Shown here piece by piece: positions 1 through 10,500 of a DNA stretch of 64,000 nt; position 1 is the first letter of the stretch, and every line of letters begins with the position of its first letter. This DNA is from Cenarchaeum sp. Its GTDB lineage: Archaea > Thermoproteota > Nitrososphaeria > Nitrososphaerales > Nitrosopumilaceae. The notes under the pieces are model-generated. The model had not been told where the DNA came from and did not search any database. It was given only the letters and a program-made list of their open reading frames with translations. Both the position numbers and the translations under genes were made by a program. The stretch lies in assembly GCA_963693095.2 (NCBI GenBank), contig OY843768.1:1-64000 (forward strand). Direction: 5' to 3'.

Positions 1-141
1 GCGGGCCAGTCGCTCACGCCCTCAATGTCCTGGCAGCCCACGGTGGCCGGCGACTACACTGCGACGGTATTCGTCTGGGAGTCCATCGACAACCCCACGG
101 CGCTCTCGCCGCAGGCCGAGCTGCCCTTCACGGTCGGCTAG
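1..141 (+). CDS. S-layer protein, C-terminal end of a further copy (partial)
   Basis: Identical to the last 46 codons of 1304..6382 (...ESIDNPTALSPQAELPFTVG*). Confidence 0.95.
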   Translation, partial: AGQSLTPSMSWQPTVAGDYTATVFVWESIDNPTALSPQAELPFTVG

Positions 142-168
142 GCCGGTGCGGGCTGGCTCGCTGGCGCC

Positions 169-1104
169 TTGGAAGCAGATTCTAGAAGGGGCGCCCTGCG
201 CGGTGCCGACGCTCTGATCTTTGACTGCGACGGCGTGCTCGTCGACGTGTCTGCCTCGTACGACGCGACGATCGCGCTGACCGTGGGGCGCCTGCTGGGC
301 AAGCTCGGCGCGCGAGCGCGCCTCGACGTCGACCGGCCGCTGATCGAGGGCTTCAAGGCCACCGGCGGGTTCAACGACGAGGTCGACCTGGCGTACGCGG
401 CGGTCCTGTGCGCGGTGGCCGCCGGACTCTCGGGGCGCGGCGCGCGCGGGCTGGCCGCCGGCATGTGCGCCTCGATGGGCCCCGGCGGCATCGCGGAGGC
501 CGAGCGCCTGCTCGCGGAGGTCGCCGACATCGCGCCGGCCGTCAGGGAGCTCGCCCACCCAGGCGCGGGGAGCATGGTGAGCGCCGACTTTGACAGGATC
601 TTTTACGGCCGGCGGCTCCGCCCGCGGCTGTTCGGCGCCGGCGAGCCGCACGGCGGGCACGGCATGGTCGAGTCTGACGCCCTGATCGTCGACGTGGCCA
701 CGGTGCGCCTGCTGCGCGGAGTCACCGGCCGCAGGCCGGCGGTGGTCACCGGCCGCGGGCGCGCCGCCTTTGAGCACACCTTCAGGGAGCCGCTCCGATC
801 GGGGTTTGACCTCGGCGCCTCGGCGTTCCTGGAGGACGAGCCGCGCAGCCTCGCAAAGCCTGCCCCCGAGGCGCTCGTCCGGGCGATCCGCGGCCTCGGC
901 TGCGAGCGCGCGGTCTACGTGGGCGACTCGATGGAGGACCTGCTGATGGCCAGGGCGGCTGCGCGCTCAGGCCGCCCCGTCGCGTTCTGCGGCGTCACGG
1001 GCACCGCGGCCGACCCCGCCGCGCGGCGCCTCATGTTCGAGCGCGCCGGCGCGGAGGCGACGGTGTGCTCGGCGGCGGACGTCGCGCCGCTGCTGCGCGC
1101 ATAG
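169..1104 (+). CDS. HAD-superfamily hydrolase/phosphatase
   Basis: Motifs IFDCDGVL, VVTGR, KP.P and YVGDSMEDL. TTG start; the 5' end may be clipped at the amplification junction. Confidence 0.9.
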   Translation: MEADSRRGALRGADALIFDCDGVLVDVSASYDATIALTVGRLLGKLGARARLDVDRPLIEGFKATGGFNDEVDLAYAAVLCAVAAGLSGRGARGLAAGMCASMGPGGIAEAERLLAEVADIAPAVRELAHPGAGSMVSADFDRIFYGRRLRPRLFGAGEPHGGHGMVESDALIVDVATVRLLRGVTGRRPAVVTGRGRAAFEHTFREPLRSGFDLGASAFLEDEPRSLAKPAPEALVRAIRGLGCERAVYVGDSMEDLLMARAAARSGRPVAFCGVTGTAADPAARRLMFERAGAEATVCSAADVAPLLRA

Positions 1105-1268
1105 GCGCAGACGCGCCGCCTGGCGGGAGTTTCTGCGACCCGGAGGCGATCACGCGCATGGCGTGTGGAAATCCTGCGGGTTTGGCGCGATTTTCCGCGC
1201 GTTTTTGCCCACACGCCCAAATGCGTGCGGCGCGGGGGCGGATATCGCGGTCAAATCGTCCATCAGGG

Positions 1269-1275
1269 TTATATA
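1269..1275 (+). promoter_or_regulatory. Archaeal TATA box of the S-layer gene
   Basis: TTATATA about 28 bp upstream of ATG 1304 in a GC-rich context. Confidence 0.7.
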
Positions 1276-1303
1276 GTCATCTTGGGCACCCCTGTCCTGT
1301 AGA

Positions 1304-4300
1304 ATGTCCGGAAAGGCAGGCAAGGCAACAAGCGTTTTCCTAATGGCGATCATGGTCGCCGGGGGGCTGACATTCGCCATCCCCGGCGTGCAGCCCGTGA
1401 TGGCCCAGTCGACTAACCCCAACCTGGCCGTCTCGGCCGAGAGCACGGCCTTTGGCAACTACTTCTCCGGCCCGCAGGTCGTCGAGATCGTCATAGTGGA
1501 TCCCGCCATAGACGAGACCAACGAGGCCAAGGGTGAGCCGGACGTAAAGCTGAACGGCAAGAAGGTCAGGATGATACAGGCGACGGACGGCAAGTGGTAC
1601 GCCTACGTCGCCAACAGGGCGCAGGCCGTGCTGGCCGACGGTACTGCCGACGCCAACCCCGGCCAGGGGCTGGACTTTGGCACCATATGCCTGGACACGG
1701 GCAACGCCGATCGCGTCCTGGAGACGGCGCTGGCGGCCAACGCTGGATACTTTTCTGACACGACGGGCGTCGCCTTCCCGTTCGCGCACACGCGCGCCGA
1801 GGTCGCCGGCGGCGCCGTGACCTCTGGGCCTGCGCTGGCCTCCGTGGACGACGGGTGCTCCGAGGCCGATGTCACCGCGGCGTTCACCGAGGTGCCCGAC
1901 ACGGTGCCAACGTCCACCGCCGGCACGCTCAACTACGCCGGCGTCTCGATGAACGTCGTGCGCGAGCCCAGGGCGGTGAACACGAACAGCAACGCCGAGT
2001 TTGGCCAGAGCGTCGTCATCGATGGCGCCACCGTGACGAACGAGGACCGCGCCGGCGTGTGGCCGTTCATACAGCTCTTCGACTTCAGCCAGGGCGGCAA
2101 CGTGGAGGTCCAGTACCGCCGCGGCGGCGGCACCCAGTCCGTCACGCTCAACTACGACACCGTCGAGGACTATGCGTCCCTCTCGCTCCTGGATCGCACG
2201 ACGTTCCCCGGCGGCGGCGCGCAGGTCCACTTTGACATAACCGACACGTGGCTCAACGTGGATCCTACCGACGAGGACTCTTGGACGTGGGACGTGGAGG
2301 GTTCCGGCGAGGGCAGGGTCGTCTACCAGGCCTTTGACGAGAACGGCGTGCGCCAGGACAACAACGTGGACATATCCGCCGAGCTCTCGGGGCTGATGTG
2401 CGACACCAACTGCCTGCTAGTGCTCGACCGCGGCACCAACGGCTACGACGTCCTCGAGTACGCCGACAACGACGACAGCGGCCTGCGCCTGTTCGGCTCG
2501 ACGGCCGACGACCAGCTGATCACGGTCACCGAGACGAGCTCCTCCAGCGGCGTCTTCACGTCGTACGACGAGGATGACGATTCGGTCCTGGTCACCGCGT
2601 CGGATGACGCCACGACGACGACTGTAGTCGAGCCTCCGAGGGACACCACGGCGACCATAGACTACAACGAGACGCCGCAGAGCATCTCCATAGGATACGC
2701 CTTTGCGACCATCGACATCCAGCCGTCCGGCGACGCGTGGCTCTCCGGCCAGGAGATACCAGTCGTCCTGACTGACGCCGACGCAAACCGCAACAGCCTG
2801 GCCGACGAGGACCTCGACGTGCTGGACGCCACCCACATCATACCGACGCTCGTGACGGGCAGCCCGGTCACCCTGGCCGACGCCTCCGCAGTCGCCGTGG
2901 CCGCTGGCGTCCTGAGCACGGCCAGCGGGACTCCGTTCTCCGTCACGTTTGACAGCGCCGCCGACCCGCTCACGGTGGGTTCGGATGCGACGGATCCGTC
3001 GCTTAGGGCAACGGTGGACTCTGGCTCGTCAGACCCGATGCAGACCATGATCATAGACTACGGCACGGCCGCGTCACACCACTCCGAGGCGACGGTCACG
3101 ACGCTCTTCAACTATGACTTTGGCAACCTCGAGTTCGCCGACGGCACTGCCGCCTCTGACCAGAACGTCGACCTCTACGCGCTGGTGGGCACGGGGGCCA
3201 CGATATTTGCAAACGCGAACCTTGGCGGCGTCACGCCGTACGAGATCGAGGCCGGCGCGGCTCTAAGGGGCACGGTGGTGCTGCCCGAGGCAGCGCGCGC
3301 GCAGCTGGCTGGCGACGGCACAGGCACGTCGCTTGGCCTCATGGCGCAATTTGGGGACAGCGTTGGAGAGCCAAACGATGCCGTCATACTCATCGCCGAC
3401 GTCATGTCCTTCGGCTTCACCGACGACGGCGTCGAGTCCGGCGAGCGCATAGCCAACCAGGTGGTGCGCCTCGAGCTCGAGGAGAGCGGGGACAACACGG
3501 GCGTCTTTGAGGGCACGCTCGAGTACGCCATGGTCAACCAGCTCAGCATCGCCGACTCCTCGACGTACTCGGGCCTGGCCCTCATCGACGACGAGGCCAC
3601 GCTCATCGCGATCGAGGACCTCACCGACGAGGACACGCTCACGGTCACCTACAACGACCTCGGCCGCGACGGCGTCGTGACGCCCGTCTCGGACGACGAG
3701 GCCGCGCTGTCGCACTCGGGCACCGTCTCCCTCGACGCGACGAGCTACAAGATAGCCGACACGGTGACGGTCACGGTCCGCGACGCCGACCTCAACACGA
3801 GCTCCGACACGACGGAGGTCTACACGATACCCGACGGCGAGGACTATGTCGGCAGGGCCGACCCCGCTGACGTGGCCGACGGCACCGGCACGTACGAGGT
3901 TCTGCGCAGCTTCGGCCCGCTCGGTGTCCTCGCAGATATCACGTTTGACGACTCGCGGTGGGCCGCCGGCACGGCCGCGTGCGACCCCCGCGGGGTTCAC
4001 GGCCTGGGAGAGACGGGCTTCACGCTCCGCGAGACCTCGGCGGCCTCGGGCGTCTTTGAGGGCGACTTCCAGATACCCACGGAGTGGTGCGCGCCGGATG
4101 CGTCGGCCGCCGAGTCGGTCACCGGCCTGGACATCGAGGTGAACTATGTGGACTACCGCGACGCGTCGGGCGAGATAATCGAGGTCGGCGACGGGGCAGG
4201 CCTGCGCGCCAACACGGGCTCCGTCTCCCTTGACCGCCCAGTCTACCCAGTGCCCTTTGGCAACGCCGACAACGGGTCGGTCTTCCTGACGTACGGGACG

Positions 4301-6382
4301 CCTGACAGGCTCTCGGCCCACAACGTGATCGTCCACGTGCGCGTCACGGACCCGGACTTTGACGTCTCGGCCTCCGGCTCGGACACGCTGGGCCAGATGG
4401 TCTCGCGCACGACCGGCGAGGGCGACGCGTACGGCCCGCTCAGGATATCCGTTCAGAGGGGATCCGACAACGTCGTCCTCGGCTACGCAGGCGGGCCGAC
4501 CGCCGCGGGCGCCACTGGCACCGCGGTCGGTGACAGGGCTGTCCGCCCGCTCGCCGAGGTCTTCTCGCCCACGGTTGCGGTGCCCACGCGCGACTTCGGC
4601 TCCTCCCCTGCCATAACCGTCAACGCGGCCAACGCCATAGAGCACGGCCCGCTCACCGAGACGGCGCCGTCCTCGGGCACGTTCGAGCTCGACCTCCCGA
4701 TATCGTGGGACCAGGGGCCCCCGTCGACTGACTGCCCCGGCAACTCGGCGACGTCCACGTGCATACTCCAGGGCGACATCCTCGTGGTAGAGTACACCGA
4801 CCCCGCCGACGCCTCGGGCAACCCGCAGACGGTGACGGACTCGGCGACCTTTGACATGCGCAACGCGGTTCTGCGCTCGGACAAGTCAGTCTACATCATC
4901 GGCTCCGACATGATACTCACGCTCATAGAGCCGGACCTCGACCTCGACAACGACACGGCCGAGACGTACACGCTCGACCTGATAGAGTGGGACGACGACG
5001 ACTCCGTCGTCACGCTGCGCAACGGCGCCTTTGACCCCGAGCCGACCTCGCTGCGCGAGACGGGCGACTCGACGGGCATCTTCCAGGTCGTGGTGGAGAT
5101 ACCCGCCGAGATCACGCAGGGCGCCCGCACCGACGACCTCGAGCGCGGCGAGGAGATAGAGCTGACCTACCAGGACTGGAGCCCCGCCGGCGCCGACTAT
5201 GTCGGGCAGACCGACGAGGAGATAGAGTGGTCGATATTCACGTCGGACTTTGGCGCGACGATAGAGCTCGACCAGGCCGTCTACACGTGGACCGACAAGG
5301 TCTTCATCACCGTCGTGGCGCCGGACCACAACTTTGACAGCAACCTCATCGACGAGATAGGCGACGACCGTGATGTGGATCCGCTCCAGGTCTCCACGCG
5401 CGAGGGCGGCAGTATCCCCGGCAGCTACAGGCTCACCGAGACGGGCACCGACACGGGCATATTCAGCGGCGAGGTCATACTCACGGGCTTCACGCACGAC
5501 GCCGACGGCGACGGCAGCACGGGCACCAACGGCAACGACCGGCTCACCCTCCCGGCGGCCGGCAGGGGCCCGACTGACGGGACCATAGCGGCCGACGACG
5601 ACGACGGCATCACCGTCTCGTACGAGTACAACGACGACGAGCACGTCATAGGCTCGGCCCTCATACGCTGGAACGTCGGCGACACGCAGTGGCTCGAGGC
5701 CAGCTACCCGGCGTCCGGCTCGGGCGTCGTCAGGGTCGTCGACCCCGACATGAACTGGAACCCCGAGGCGGTAGACAACTTTGAGGTCGACGTCTACTCG
5801 GACGCCGACGCCGGCGGCATAAACCTCACGGTCACCGAGACGCAGGAGGCCTCGGGCATCTTCGAGGGCACCGTCATCTTCACGCTGACCGACCAGTCAT
5901 CGGGCCACCGCCTCAGGGTCGCCGAGGGCGACACCGTGACTGCCCGCTATGACGACAACACCCTGCCCGACCCCTACACGCGCAACGACGAGCTAGAGGT
6001 GGAGGGCACCACGATAATCGGCACGCTCGTGCCCCCGCTGGAGAGGGCCGTCGTGAGCAACGTGAGGCTGACGGACAACTCGGGCAACCCGCTCGACACC
6101 GTCGCCATAGGCCAGCAGGTCCAGGTGACCGGCCAGGTCACGAGCGGCCAGGAGACCGAGCAGGCCTACGCCTACCTCGTGCAGGTCAACGACTCGAGCG
6201 ACGTCACGCTCTCGCTCACGTGGACCAGCGGCACGCTCAACGCGGGCCAGTCGCTCACGCCCTCAATGTCCTGGCAGCCCACGGTGGCCGGCGACTACAC
6301 TGCGACGGTATTCGTCTGGGAGTCCATCGACAACCCCACGGCGCTCTCGCCGCAGGCCGAGCTGCCCTTCACGGTCGGCTAG
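1304..6382 (+). CDS. Thaumarchaeal S-layer protein (Nitrosopumilus SLP type), 1692 aa
   Basis: Signal peptide, very acidic Ig-like repeats (ETGxxTGIF), N-terminal NLAVSAE..FGNYFSGPQVVEIVIVDP and C-terminal VFVWESIDNPTALSP, all typical of AOA S-layer proteins. Confidence 0.9.
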   Translation: MSGKAGKATSVFLMAIMVAGGLTFAIPGVQPVMAQSTNPNLAVSAESTAFGNYFSGPQVVEIVIVDPAIDETNEAKGEPDVKLNGKKVRMIQATDGKWYAYVANRAQAVLADGTADANPGQGLDFGTICLDTGNADRVLETALAANAGYFSDTTGVAFPFAHTRAEVAGGAVTSGPALASVDDGCSEADVTAAFTEVPDTVPTSTAGTLNYAGVSMNVVREPRAVNTNSNAEFGQSVVIDGATVTNEDRAGVWPFIQLFDFSQGGNVEVQYRRGGGTQSVTLNYDTVEDYASLSLLDRTTFPGGGAQVHFDITDTWLNVDPTDEDSWTWDVEGSGEGRVVYQAFDENGVRQDNNVDISAELSGLMCDTNCLLVLDRGTNGYDVLEYADNDDSGLRLFGSTADDQLITVTETSSSSGVFTSYDEDDDSVLVTASDDATTTTVVEPPRDTTATIDYNETPQSISIGYAFATIDIQPSGDAWLSGQEIPVVLTDADANRNSLADEDLDVLDATHIIPTLVTGSPVTLADASAVAVAAGVLSTASGTPFSVTFDSAADPLTVGSDATDPSLRATVDSGSSDPMQTMIIDYGTAASHHSEATVTTLFNYDFGNLEFADGTAASDQNVDLYALVGTGATIFANANLGGVTPYEIEAGAALRGTVVLPEAARAQLAGDGTGTSLGLMAQFGDSVGEPNDAVILIADVMSFGFTDDGVESGERIANQVVRLELEESGDNTGVFEGTLEYAMVNQLSIADSSTYSGLALIDDEATLIAIEDLTDEDTLTVTYNDLGRDGVVTPVSDDEAALSHSGTVSLDATSYKIADTVTVTVRDADLNTSSDTTEVYTIPDGEDYVGRADPADVADGTGTYEVLRSFGPLGVLADITFDDSRWAAGTAACDPRGVHGLGETGFTLRETSAASGVFEGDFQIPTEWCAPDASAAESVTGLDIEVNYVDYRDASGEIIEVGDGAGLRANTGSVSLDRPVYPVPFGNADNGSVFLTYGTPDRLSAHNVIVHVRVTDPDFDVSASGSDTLGQMVSRTTGEGDAYGPLRISVQRGSDNVVLGYAGGPTAAGATGTAVGDRAVRPLAEVFSPTVAVPTRDFGSSPAITVNAANAIEHGPLTETAPSSGTFELDLPISWDQGPPSTDCPGNSATSTCILQGDILVVEYTDPADASGNPQTVTDSATFDMRNAVLRSDKSVYIIGSDMILTLIEPDLDLDNDTAETYTLDLIEWDDDDSVVTLRNGAFDPEPTSLRETGDSTGIFQVVVEIPAEITQGARTDDLERGEEIELTYQDWSPAGADYVGQTDEEIEWSIFTSDFGATIELDQAVYTWTDKVFITVVAPDHNFDSNLIDEIGDDRDVDPLQVSTREGGSIPGSYRLTETGTDTGIFSGEVILTGFTHDADGDGSTGTNGNDRLTLPAAGRGPTDGTIAADDDDGITVSYEYNDDEHVIGSALIRWNVGDTQWLEASYPASGSGVVRVVDPDMNWNPEAVDNFEVDVYSDADAGGINLTVTETQEASGIFEGTVIFTLTDQSSGHRLRVAEGDTVTARYDDNTLPDPYTRNDELEVEGTTIIGTLVPPLERAVVSNVRLTDNSGNPLDTVAIGQQVQVTGQVTSGQETEQAYAYLVQVNDSSDVTLSLTWTSGTLNAGQSLTPSMSWQPTVAGDYTATVFVWESIDNPTALSPQAELPFTVG

Positions 6383-6409
6383 GCCGGTGCGGGCTGGCTC
6401 GCTGGCGCC

Positions 6410-7345
6410 TTGGAAGCAGATTCTAGAAGGGGCGCCCTGCGCGGTGCCGACGCTCTGATCTTTGACTGCGACGGCGTGCTCGTCGACGTGTCTGCCTCGT
6501 ACGACGCGACGATCGCGCTGACCGTGGGGCGCCTGCTGGGCAAGCTCGGCGCGCGAGCGCGCCTCGACGTCGACCGGCCGCTGATCGAGGGCTTCAAGGC
6601 CACCGGCGGGTTCAACGACGAGGTCGACCTGGCGTACGCGGCGGTCCTGTGCGCGGTGGCCGCCGGACTCTCGGGGCGCGGCGCGCGCGGGCTGGCCGCC
6701 GGCATGTGCGCCTCGATGGGCCCCGGCGGCATCGCGGAGGCCGAGCGCCTGCTCGCGGAGGTCGCCGACATCGCGCCGGCCGTCAGGGAGCTCGCCCACC
6801 CAGGCGCGGGGAGCATGGTGAGCGCCGACTTTGACAGGATCTTTTACGGCCGGCGGCTCCGCCCGCGGCTGTTCGGCGCCGGCGAGCCGCACGGCGGGCA
6901 CGGCATGGTCGAGTCTGACGCCCTGATCGTCGACGTGGCCACGGTGCGCCTGCTGCGCGGAGTCACCGGCCGCAGGCCGGCGGTGGTCACCGGCCGCGGG
7001 CGCGCCGCCTTTGAGCACACCTTCAGGGAGCCGCTCCGATCGGGGTTTGACCTCGGCGCCTCGGCGTTCCTGGAGGACGAGCCGCGCAGCCTCGCAAAGC
7101 CTGCCCCCGAGGCGCTCGTCCGGGCGATCCGCGGCCTCGGCTGCGAGCGCGCGGTCTACGTGGGCGACTCGATGGAGGACCTGCTGATGGCCAGGGCGGC
7201 TGCGCGCTCAGGCCGCCCCGTCGCGTTCTGCGGCGTCACGGGCACCGCGGCCGACCCCGCCGCGCGGCGCCTCATGTTCGAGCGCGCCGGCGCGGAGGCG
7301 ACGGTGTGCTCGGCGGCGGACGTCGCGCCGCTGCTGCGCGCATAG
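6410..7345 (+). CDS. HAD-superfamily hydrolase, copy 2
   Basis: Identical to 169..1104. Confidence 0.9.
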   Translation: MEADSRRGALRGADALIFDCDGVLVDVSASYDATIALTVGRLLGKLGARARLDVDRPLIEGFKATGGFNDEVDLAYAAVLCAVAAGLSGRGARGLAAGMCASMGPGGIAEAERLLAEVADIAPAVRELAHPGAGSMVSADFDRIFYGRRLRPRLFGAGEPHGGHGMVESDALIVDVATVRLLRGVTGRRPAVVTGRGRAAFEHTFREPLRSGFDLGASAFLEDEPRSLAKPAPEALVRAIRGLGCERAVYVGDSMEDLLMARAAARSGRPVAFCGVTGTAADPAARRLMFERAGAEATVCSAADVAPLLRA

Positions 7346-7509
7346 GCGCAGACGCGCCGCCTGGCGGGAGTTTCTGCGACCCGGAGGCGATCACGCGCAT
7401 GGCGTGTGGAAATCCTGCGGGTTTGGCGCGATTTTCCGCGCGTTTTTGCCCACACGCCCAAATGCGTGCGGCGCGGGGGCGGATATCGCGGTCAAATCGT
7501 CCATCAGGG

Positions 7510-7516
7510 TTATATA
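7510..7516 (+). promoter_or_regulatory. TATA box of the second full S-layer copy
   Basis: Identical to 1269..1275. Confidence 0.7.
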
Positions 7517-7544
7517 GTCATCTTGGGCACCCCTGTCCTGTAGA

Positions 7545-10500
7545 ATGTCCGGAAAGGCAGGCAAGGCAACAAGCGTTTTCCTAATGGCGATCATGGTCGC
7601 CGGGGGGCTGACATTCGCCATCCCCGGCGTGCAGCCCGTGATGGCCCAGTCGACTAACCCCAACCTGGCCGTCTCGGCCGAGAGCACGGCCTTTGGCAAC
7701 TACTTCTCCGGCCCGCAGGTCGTCGAGATCGTCATAGTGGATCCCGCCATAGACGAGACCAACGAGGCCAAGGGTGAGCCGGACGTAAAGCTGAACGGCA
7801 AGAAGGTCAGGATGATACAGGCGACGGACGGCAAGTGGTACGCCTACGTCGCCAACAGGGCGCAGGCCGTGCTGGCCGACGGTACTGCCGACGCCAACCC
7901 CGGCCAGGGGCTGGACTTTGGCACCATATGCCTGGACACGGGCAACGCCGATCGCGTCCTGGAGACGGCGCTGGCGGCCAACGCTGGATACTTTTCTGAC
8001 ACGACGGGCGTCGCCTTCCCGTTCGCGCACACGCGCGCCGAGGTCGCCGGCGGCGCCGTGACCTCTGGGCCTGCGCTGGCCTCCGTGGACGACGGGTGCT
8101 CCGAGGCCGATGTCACCGCGGCGTTCACCGAGGTGCCCGACACGGTGCCAACGTCCACCGCCGGCACGCTCAACTACGCCGGCGTCTCGATGAACGTCGT
8201 GCGCGAGCCCAGGGCGGTGAACACGAACAGCAACGCCGAGTTTGGCCAGAGCGTCGTCATCGATGGCGCCACCGTGACGAACGAGGACCGCGCCGGCGTG
8301 TGGCCGTTCATACAGCTCTTCGACTTCAGCCAGGGCGGCAACGTGGAGGTCCAGTACCGCCGCGGCGGCGGCACCCAGTCCGTCACGCTCAACTACGACA
8401 CCGTCGAGGACTATGCGTCCCTCTCGCTCCTGGATCGCACGACGTTCCCCGGCGGCGGCGCGCAGGTCCACTTTGACATAACCGACACGTGGCTCAACGT
8501 GGATCCTACCGACGAGGACTCTTGGACGTGGGACGTGGAGGGTTCCGGCGAGGGCAGGGTCGTCTACCAGGCCTTTGACGAGAACGGCGTGCGCCAGGAC
8601 AACAACGTGGACATATCCGCCGAGCTCTCGGGGCTGATGTGCGACACCAACTGCCTGCTAGTGCTCGACCGCGGCACCAACGGCTACGACGTCCTCGAGT
8701 ACGCCGACAACGACGACAGCGGCCTGCGCCTGTTCGGCTCGACGGCCGACGACCAGCTGATCACGGTCACCGAGACGAGCTCCTCCAGCGGCGTCTTCAC
8801 GTCGTACGACGAGGATGACGATTCGGTCCTGGTCACCGCGTCGGATGACGCCACGACGACGACTGTAGTCGAGCCTCCGAGGGACACCACGGCGACCATA
8901 GACTACAACGAGACGCCGCAGAGCATCTCCATAGGATACGCCTTTGCGACCATCGACATCCAGCCGTCCGGCGACGCGTGGCTCTCCGGCCAGGAGATAC
9001 CAGTCGTCCTGACTGACGCCGACGCAAACCGCAACAGCCTGGCCGACGAGGACCTCGACGTGCTGGACGCCACCCACATCATACCGACGCTCGTGACGGG
9101 CAGCCCGGTCACCCTGGCCGACGCCTCCGCAGTCGCCGTGGCCGCTGGCGTCCTGAGCACGGCCAGCGGGACTCCGTTCTCCGTCACGTTTGACAGCGCC
9201 GCCGACCCGCTCACGGTGGGTTCGGATGCGACGGATCCGTCGCTTAGGGCAACGGTGGACTCTGGCTCGTCAGACCCGATGCAGACCATGATCATAGACT
9301 ACGGCACGGCCGCGTCACACCACTCCGAGGCGACGGTCACGACGCTCTTCAACTATGACTTTGGCAACCTCGAGTTCGCCGACGGCACTGCCGCCTCTGA
9401 CCAGAACGTCGACCTCTACGCGCTGGTGGGCACGGGGGCCACGATATTTGCAAACGCGAACCTTGGCGGCGTCACGCCGTACGAGATCGAGGCCGGCGCG
9501 GCTCTAAGGGGCACGGTGGTGCTGCCCGAGGCAGCGCGCGCGCAGCTGGCTGGCGACGGCACAGGCACGTCGCTTGGCCTCATGGCGCAATTTGGGGACA
9601 GCGTTGGAGAGCCAAACGATGCCGTCATACTCATCGCCGACGTCATGTCCTTCGGCTTCACCGACGACGGCGTCGAGTCCGGCGAGCGCATAGCCAACCA
9701 GGTGGTGCGCCTCGAGCTCGAGGAGAGCGGGGACAACACGGGCGTCTTTGAGGGCACGCTCGAGTACGCCATGGTCAACCAGCTCAGCATCGCCGACTCC
9801 TCGACGTACTCGGGCCTGGCCCTCATCGACGACGAGGCCACGCTCATCGCGATCGAGGACCTCACCGACGAGGACACGCTCACGGTCACCTACAACGACC
9901 TCGGCCGCGACGGCGTCGTGACGCCCGTCTCGGACGACGAGGCCGCGCTGTCGCACTCGGGCACCGTCTCCCTCGACGCGACGAGCTACAAGATAGCCGA
10001 CACGGTGACGGTCACGGTCCGCGACGCCGACCTCAACACGAGCTCCGACACGACGGAGGTCTACACGATACCCGACGGCGAGGACTATGTCGGCAGGGCC
10101 GACCCCGCTGACGTGGCCGACGGCACCGGCACGTACGAGGTTCTGCGCAGCTTCGGCCCGCTCGGTGTCCTCGCAGATATCACGTTTGACGACTCGCGGT
10201 GGGCCGCCGGCACGGCCGCGTGCGACCCCCGCGGGGTTCACGGCCTGGGAGAGACGGGCTTCACGCTCCGCGAGACCTCGGCGGCCTCGGGCGTCTTTGA
10301 GGGCGACTTCCAGATACCCACGGAGTGGTGCGCGCCGGATGCGTCGGCCGCCGAGTCGGTCACCGGCCTGGACATCGAGGTGAACTATGTGGACTACCGC
10401 GACGCGTCGGGCGAGATAATCGAGGTCGGCGACGGGGCAGGCCTGCGCGCCAACACGGGCTCCGTCTCCCTTGACCGCCCAGTCTACCCAGTGCCCTTTG

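Noticed and set aside
6380-6412. S-layer/HAD fusion by TAG read-through (same frame)
   Set aside because: The adjacency appears to be created by the amplification junction; the last copy is followed by a different gene.
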